From the IMG/VR virus record IMGVR_UViG_2703718821_000008: a stretch of 2,923 nucleotides of DNA. One strand, 5' to 3'. This document shows, piece after piece, positions 1-2,923 of the stretch. Each line of letters starts with the position of its first letter. Positions within the stretch are counted from its first letter, which is position 1. The translations under genes and the position numbers were made by a program. The notes beneath the pieces were generated by a model, which had not been told where the DNA came from, did no database searches, and saw only the letters and a list, made by a program, of their open reading frames with translations. Origin of the DNA: a virus. Taxonomy: Duplodnaviria > Heunggongvirae > Uroviricota > Caudoviricetes.

Positions 1-252
1 CATCGCCTTTTCGATCGCCGGTAACAGAGCCTGCATTTTTTCAACAGCATCAGGGGTGTCTTTATCCAGCCAACGGAAAATTTTCTGGGTATTACGGGCC
101 AGGGCTTCCGGATGGCTGTCGTCGTACAGTTCAGGGAACGTCATCCCCAGTTCGAAATAAGTCCGGGCTATTTCAGCTGCGGGAACTTTCTCACCGTCAG
201 GATATGCCCAGGCATTCATCGCCATGCGGATGTGCTCATGCTTGATTTTCAT
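1..252 (-). CDS. YdaT-family protein (prophage CII-like regulator), N-terminal part only; gene runs past the left window edge
   Basis: Reverse complement of 1..252 translates without stops from ATG (252..250) as MKIKHEHIRMAMNAWAYPDGEKVPAAEIARTYFELGMTFPELYDDSHPEALARNTQKIFRWLDKDTPDAVEKMQALLPAIEKAM. Its ATG overlaps the TGA stop of the upstream Cro-like gene (ATGA at 249..252). The MKIKHEHI start and the position next to a cro-like gene match my recollection of the YdaT family; not verified by alignment. Not in the ORF track because it is truncated by the window edge. Confidence 0.6.
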   Translation of the reverse strand, partial: MKIKHEHIRMAMNAWAYPDGEKVPAAEIARTYFELGMTFPELYDDSHPEALARNTQKIFRWLDKDTPDAVEKMQALLPAIEKAM

Positions 253-464
253 GAATCATTCCTCATTTCGTGCGAGGTGTTATTCTTCTTTTTGTACAGC
301 TCTGGGTTGTATTTCAATTCACCACCAGTAATTTCATCCAACTCAATTGCTCGAAGTTTTGGAATAACAGATTTCCACCGAACAACAGCCACGTGTGAAA
401 TTCCCAGAGCCTCTGCTACTAGCCGCTTTTTTTTGAAATAGCGTAGGACATCATCTTTAAACAT
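249..464 (-). CDS. Cro/DicC/YdaS-family small HTH DNA-binding protein (cro analog), 71 aa
   Basis: Minus-strand ORF (track 249..500). I place the start at the internal ATG 464..462 (MFKDDVLRYFKKKRLVAEALGISHVAVVRWK...), which has a G-rich Shine-Dalgarno (GGGGG, plus coords about 471..475) 6 nt upstream. The track start at 500 is a TTG lying inside an operator palindrome. The HTH-like segment is RLVAEALGISHVAVVRWK. The gene is divergent from the repressor gene. Confidence 0.7.
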   Translation of the reverse strand: MFKDDVLRYFKKKRLVAEALGISHVAVVRWKSVIPKLRAIELDEITGGELKYNPELYKKKNNTSHEMRNDS

Positions 465-493
465 AAATTCCCCCTGTAAAACCGAACCTAAAG

Positions 494-507
494 GTAACAA
501 TAGTTAC
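494..507. promoter_or_regulatory. Operator-like palindrome O1 GTAACAATAGTTAC
   Basis: Perfect 5-bp inverted arms GTAAC/GTTAC with a 4-bp spacer. It overlaps the spacer and -10 of the putative cro-like promoter and is immediately followed by the ATG at 508. Confidence 0.6.
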
Positions 508-541
508 ATGATAATGTCAACCATAGTGACATCCATTGGTA

Positions 542-555
542 GTAACATTGGTTAC
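542..555. promoter_or_regulatory. Operator-like palindrome O2 GTAACATTGGTTAC
   Basis: Same GTAAC-N4-GTTAC architecture as O1. It is immediately followed by the ATG at 556 and contains a -10-like TAACAT (543..548) about 7 nt upstream of that ATG, consistent with a leaderless repressor transcript. Confidence 0.6.
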
Positions 556-1230
556 ATGAACACTACTATTAGCGAACGCATCCGAAAGCGTCGAAGAGAC
601 ATAGGTCTAACCCAACAGCAGGTTGCAAAGGCTATCGGCGTCACCCGTGTATCCGTAACAAAGTGGGAAAATGGTTCAACAAAACCGGACGGTGAGAATT
701 TACATCTGCTGTCAAAACTGTTTTCCAAATCACCTGAATGGATTCTTTATGGGAAAGATATTCACGATCAAGTCGATGATTTGCGATTGAATCAACTCCC
801 CTACCTTAGTGACAACATCACCCGGTTGCCCGTTTTAACGTGGGAACAGGCTGGTTACTGGGATATGAGCTACCCAGTAACCGAAATCCCTGGTATTAAG
901 AATTGGGTTGATGTCATGACAAAAACATCTGAAAACTCTTTTTTATTGCGCGTTGAGGGAGATTCAATGACAAACTCTAACGGTTTGCCAACGATCCCCG
1001 ACGGCTCCACGGTGTTGATCACTCCATGCTCTGGCAACATTGGGGAGATGGCGGGAAAGATTGTTCTAATCCAACTAGAAGGAATACCAACTGTAACACT
1101 GAAAAAAGTCGCAATTGATGGCCCAAACATCTACCTACTGTCATTAAATCCGCTTTACAAGCCTATAGAACTCAATGGTCGCTACACCATTAAAGGTAAA
1201 GTCTCACAAATCCATCAATACTTAGATTGA
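556..1230 (+). CDS. CI-type prophage repressor: N-terminal XRE-family HTH plus C-terminal S24 (LexA-like) autopeptidase domain; 224 aa (240 aa if started at 508)
   Basis: Track ORF 508..1230. The HTH is LTQQQVAKAIGVTRVSVTKWENG (about 607..675). An Ala-Gly candidate cleavage site sits in the linker (EQAGYW; GCT GGT at 850..855). The S24 catalytic serine motif is EGDSM (Ser codon 964..966) and the catalytic lysine is in VTLKKV. Start 556 is preferred over 508 because it gives a normal-length N-terminus before the HTH and leaves a 91-bp divergent control region; neither ATG has a Shine-Dalgarno. Confidence 0.85.
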   Translation: MNTTISERIRKRRRDIGLTQQQVAKAIGVTRVSVTKWENGSTKPDGENLHLLSKLFSKSPEWILYGKDIHDQVDDLRLNQLPYLSDNITRLPVLTWEQAGYWDMSYPVTEIPGIKNWVDVMTKTSENSFLLRVEGDSMTNSNGLPTIPDGSTVLITPCSGNIGEMAGKIVLIQLEGIPTVTLKKVAIDGPNIYLLSLNPLYKPIELNGRYTIKGKVSQIHQYLD

Positions 1231-1232
1231 CC

Positions 1233-1260
1233 AAAAGCCCGCATATATTGCGGGTTTTTC
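1233..1260 (+). terminator. Rho-independent terminator downstream of the repressor gene
   Basis: Stem CCCGCA (1238..1243) pairs with TGCGGG (1249..1254), loop TATAT, followed by TTTTT (1255..1259) and preceded by AAAA (1233..1236), so it may work in both directions. It starts 3 nt after the repressor stop. Confidence 0.7.
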
Positions 1261-1291
1261 ACACGCCTTTATGTAACTTATAGAACACGCA

Positions 1292-1320
1292 TTGACTCAA
1301 CGAGTAACTTCTGTTACCTT
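1292..1320 (+). promoter_or_regulatory. PL-like promoter with embedded operator O3 (GTAACTTCTGTTAC, 1304..1317)
   Basis: TTGACT (1292..1297), 17-bp spacer, TACCTT (1315..1320). A third exact GTAAC-N4-GTTAC palindrome overlaps the spacer and -10, with the same geometry as O1 at the cro-like promoter. A GTAAC half-site lies at 1273..1277. The -10 is a poor match to TATAAT, so the promoter call is tentative. Confidence 0.5.
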
Positions 1321-1496
1321 CATTGCGTACCCACCCCGTCCCACAGAACGCCGGGCAATACTTCGAGTTACCCGGCAGTGGTCAGGGGTTAAGTAGCCAG
1401 CCCGAGGCGTATGAACATGACGGCGGGAACACTTTGTATAACAGCGCAGCAGGTTTTTAGTTCCGCTACCCGGCGTTAAGGGGAAATGAGGTCAAC

Positions 1497-1649
1497 ATGG
1501 ATACGCTCAATCTTGGCAACAACGAATCTCTGGTATGCGGCGTGTTTCCCAACCAGGACGGCACGTTTACCGCGATGACGTATACCAGAAGCAAAACGTT
1601 TAAAACTGAAGCTGGCGCGCGTCGCTGGTTAACCAGAAACACTGACTGA
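1497..1649 (+). CDS. ydfA: Small prophage protein, YdfA/YdaF-like (50 aa)
   Basis: ATG 1497 with GAGG Shine-Dalgarno (1488..1491) 5 nt upstream; translation MDTLNLGNNESLVCGVFPNQDGTFTAMTYTRSKTFKTEAGARRWLTRNTD; stop TGA at 1647..1649. It is not in the supplied ORF track (probably below the length cutoff). It resembles my recollection of the small YdfA (Qin) / YdaF (Rac) proteins that follow the repressor gene; unverified. Confidence 0.65.
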   Translation: MDTLNLGNNESLVCGVFPNQDGTFTAMTYTRSKTFKTEAGARRWLTRNTD

Positions 1650-1660
1650 TGAGGTTGACG

Positions 1661-2035
1661 ATGGAATTTAAAGATTTACCACTACCATTCCAGGAAATGG
1701 CTGCGAATATAGTTCGTTCTCAACTGGCCACTCTTGACCTGAGTACCGTAGAAAAAGAAACCATCGATAATATATCCGGTAACGTACGCCGAGCCTTTAT
1801 CGGGCTGTACGAAGAGAAGCAGCTCTCTGATAACCAGGATTTACATGAAAAATACTTTCTGGAATTAATGGACATCATTAATAAAGGATTTGGCTTGTTA
1901 ATGAAAAAGAAAGGGATTCGAATAGCTCCCCTTGAAAATCATTTTACAGCAAGCAGTATTAACTCCTGTGATTTAAAGCATCACACATCCGATGGGAAAG
2001 TTGAATCAAACAACAAAATATCAATTAATCATTAA
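1661..2035 (+). CDS. Hypothetical protein, 124 aa (128 aa if started at ATG 1649, which overlaps the upstream stop as TGATG)
   Basis: Track ORF 1649..2035. ATG 1661 has a GAGG Shine-Dalgarno (1651..1654) 6 nt upstream; ATG 1649 has none but overlaps the stop of the preceding small ORF. The protein is soluble-looking and acidic/lysine-rich, with no motif I recognise. The last ~40 codons are AT-rich and low-complexity (ending KISINH). Confidence 0.6.
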   Translation: MEFKDLPLPFQEMAANIVRSQLATLDLSTVEKETIDNISGNVRRAFIGLYEEKQLSDNQDLHEKYFLELMDIINKGFGLLMKKKGIRIAPLENHFTASSINSCDLKHHTSDGKVESNNKISINH

Positions 2036-2114
2036 TTTATTCACGGGTGAGGTAGAGCGCGTGCGCCGGACACGGATAAGAATCCGGCACTGACAGTTTA
2101 CTGAAAGAACATAT

Positions 2115-2130
2115 CCCTGAAAAGTCAGGG
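2115..2130 (+). other. Perfect hairpin CCCTGA-AAAG-TCAGGG in the non-coding block
   Basis: 6-bp perfect stem with 4-nt loop. Other hairpins nearby: GCCGGA/TCCGGC (2065..2070 / 2083..2088), AGCGCACG/CGTGCGCT (2142..2149 / 2187..2194), CCGCG/CGCGG (2210..2214 / 2221..2225). Confidence 0.7.
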
Positions 2131-2261
2131 CATAACACGAAAGCGCACGGCGAGAATATAAGGCTTGTCGTTAAATTTAATTCGATCGTGCGCTTCCGGT
2201 TGTGGCAATCCGCGAAATGGCGCGGCGGTAAGTATGGCTGGGGCTTCCTCCATTGCTCCAG

Positions 2262-2281
2262 AAAATGCACCAAAATGCACC
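2262..2281 (+). repeat. Perfect tandem duplication AAAATGCACC x2
   Basis: AAAATGCACC at 2262..2271 is repeated exactly at 2272..2281, inside the non-coding block. Confidence 0.9.
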
Positions 2282-2343
2282 GGGTTGTCAGGTTGACCAT
2301 GCGCCTGAGTGACAACACCGCCACAACAACCTCTGTTATCACT

Positions 2344-2382
2344 TTTCTGGTGATTCGGCGGAAATGGATATCCGCCATTTTT
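2344..2382 (+). ncRNA. dicF: Candidate DicF-like small RNA ending in an intrinsic terminator
   Basis: The sequence TTTCTGGTGATTCGGCGGAAATGGATATCCGCCATTTTT resembles my recollection of the 5' end (UUUCUGGUGA...) and the GGCGG/CCGCC-U-run terminator of E. coli DicF. It sits between the 124-aa ORF and the dicB-like gene, as dicF does in Qin. The downstream sequence AAAGTGTATTTTGTGATGCGGTGAATGCGG also resembles the K-12 dicF-dicB spacer from memory. The exact 5' end is unknown and the candidate is shorter than the 53-nt K-12 DicF. Confidence 0.45.
2357..2382 (+). terminator. Rho-independent terminator (3' end of the DicF-like element)
   Basis: Stem GGCGGA (2357..2362) pairs with TCCGCC (2371..2376), 8-nt loop AATGGATA, followed by ATTTTT (2377..2382). 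Confidence 0.6.
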
Positions 2383-2549
2383 AAAGTGTATTTTGTGATG
2401 CGGTGAATGCGGCTAAGCGCACGCGGAACAGTTAAAGCTAAAAACAGCGTTATGGGTGATTCTGTATTCCGGCGTTAATTGTTAACTGGTTAACGTCACC
2501 TGGAGGCACCAGGCACCACATCACAAAATTCATTGTTGAGGACGCGATA

Positions 2550-2738
2550 ATGGAAACGTCACTACCAAACGTTAATACGTCTGAAGGGTGTTTTAATATT
2601 GGTATTCTGCTCAGTAACCGGGAGTTTACTGAAGATGCCATCAGGATGAGAAAATATGAGCCTTATCTTCTCAATGATAATTCCATTCTCTCCAGAATTG
2701 CCCTTATTAAACTTGGCATTTTCGGAGGGCAGCAGTGA
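2550..2738 (+). CDS. dicB: DicB-family cell-division inhibitor (62 aa)
   Basis: ATG 2550 with GAGGA Shine-Dalgarno (2538..2542) 7 nt upstream. Translation METSLPNVNTSEGCFNIGILLSNREFTEDAIRMRKYEPYLLNDNSILSRIALIKLGIFGGQQ. The N-terminal half (LPNVNTSEGCF.IG...SN..FTEDAI..RK) matches my recollection of E. coli DicB, which is also 62 aa; the C-terminal half diverges. Confidence 0.8.
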   Translation: METSLPNVNTSEGCFNIGILLSNREFTEDAIRMRKYEPYLLNDNSILSRIALIKLGIFGGQQ

Positions 2739-2923
2739 GTTCAGCGTTTGCACTGATGATGACGGTTTTTCTGATAACAGGTGAGCCACAGAATGTGATT
2801 ACCGGAATTTATGCCAGTAAAGAATCCTGCCATCAGGCAAGAGACGAGCAAAAAATTTCCGGTGAATGTCTCCCGTTAAACAAAGTATCGCTGTACCTGA
2901 ATAACGAAACACCGGCTGGATAA
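2735..2923 (+). CDS. ydfD: YdfD-like small membrane protein (putative prophage lysis protein), 62 aa, GTG start
   Basis: GTG 2735 overlaps the dicB-like TGA stop (GTGA 2735..2738), with a strong GGAGGG Shine-Dalgarno (2724..2729) 5 nt upstream. The N-terminus is hydrophobic (SSAFALMMTVFLITG), consistent with one transmembrane helix. Stop TAA at 2921..2923. Position after dicB and size match YdfD of Qin; sequence identity is from memory only. Confidence 0.6.
   Translation: MSSAFALMMTVFLITGEPQNVITGIYASKESCHQARDEQKISGECLPLNKVSLYLNNETPAG

Larger units (their letters stand above)
465..555. promoter_or_regulatory. Divergent immunity-region control segment (OR-like) between the cro-like and repressor starts
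   Basis: A 91-bp segment holding two copies of the palindrome GTAAC-N4-GTTAC (494..507 and 542..555) and, on the minus strand, a consensus -35 TTGACA (plus coords 515..520) followed 17 bp later by TTACCT (plus 492..497) that overlaps the first palindrome. A weaker palindrome TGTCA-N7-TGACA lies at 515..531. Confidence 0.6.

Noticed and set aside
112-441. Plus-strand ORF of 109 aa
   Set aside because: It lies entirely antisense to the well-supported minus-strand YdaT-like and cro-like genes, has no ribosome-binding site and a low-complexity translation; treated as a shadow ORF.
498-510. TTG start at 500 for the cro-like gene and ATG 508 as the repressor start
   Set aside because: Both lie inside or against operator O1 and would shrink the divergent control region to a few bp. 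ATG 464 (with Shine-Dalgarno) and ATG 556 give a conventional 91-bp region. ATG 508 is kept as an alternative, not excluded.
21-881. Additional isolated GTAAC / GTTAC pentamers (for example 21..25, 655..659, 854..858, 877..881)
   Set aside because: Single 5-mers are expected by chance at this density and lack the paired arm at 4-bp spacing; only the three full palindromes are called.
870-1130. Minus-strand ORF of 86 aa inside the repressor gene
   Set aside because: Antisense to the S24 peptidase domain of the repressor, which carries clear catalytic motifs in the plus frame; shadow ORF.
2037-2406. Minus-strand 113-aa ORF (2037..2378) and plus-strand 72-aa ORF (2188..2406)
   Set aside because: Translations are R/C/H/P/W-rich and not protein-like, there is no Shine-Dalgarno, and the region is full of hairpins and ends in a terminator; more consistent with structured non-coding RNA.
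2036-2549. Retron msr/msd or type III toxin-antitoxin RNA
   Set aside because: No reverse transcriptase or endoribonuclease toxin gene follows (downstream genes are 62 aa each), and there is only one 10-bp tandem duplication rather than an array of longer repeats.
2450-2789. Minus-strand ORFs 2450..2641 and 2562..2789
   Set aside because: Antisense to the dicB-like and ydfD-like genes, which have strong ribosome-binding sites and recognisable products.
1-2923. CRISPR array, tRNA, rRNA, insertion sequence or integrase
   Set aside because: No spaced direct repeats, no cloverleaf-compatible segment, no terminal inverted repeats flanking a transposase-sized ORF, and no recombinase-sized ORF in the window.

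Overview
This window reads as the immunity and early region of a lambdoid (Qin/Rac-type) enterobacterial prophage, and I do not see a clearly novel multi-gene system in it. On the minus strand at the left are a YdaT-family (CII-like) gene (1..252, truncated by the window edge) and a Cro/DicC/YdaS-like HTH gene (249..464). Divergent from them on the plus strand is a CI-type repressor with an N-terminal HTH and an intact S24 (LexA-like) autopeptidase domain (556..1230, alternative start 508). It is followed by an intrinsic terminator, a PL-like promoter, and a plus-strand operon: a 50-aa YdfA/YdaF-like ORF, a 124-aa ORF of unknown function, about 0.5 kb of hairpin-rich non-coding DNA ending in a DicF-like sRNA/terminator, a DicB-family division inhibitor and a YdfD-like small membrane protein. 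A 14-bp palindrome GTAAC-N4-GTTAC occurs three times at promoter positions and is the likely repressor operator. The least explained parts are the 124-aa ORF and the structured non-coding block at 2036..2343. All family assignments are from reading the translations and from memory of the E. coli K-12 Qin/Rac loci; no database search was run.
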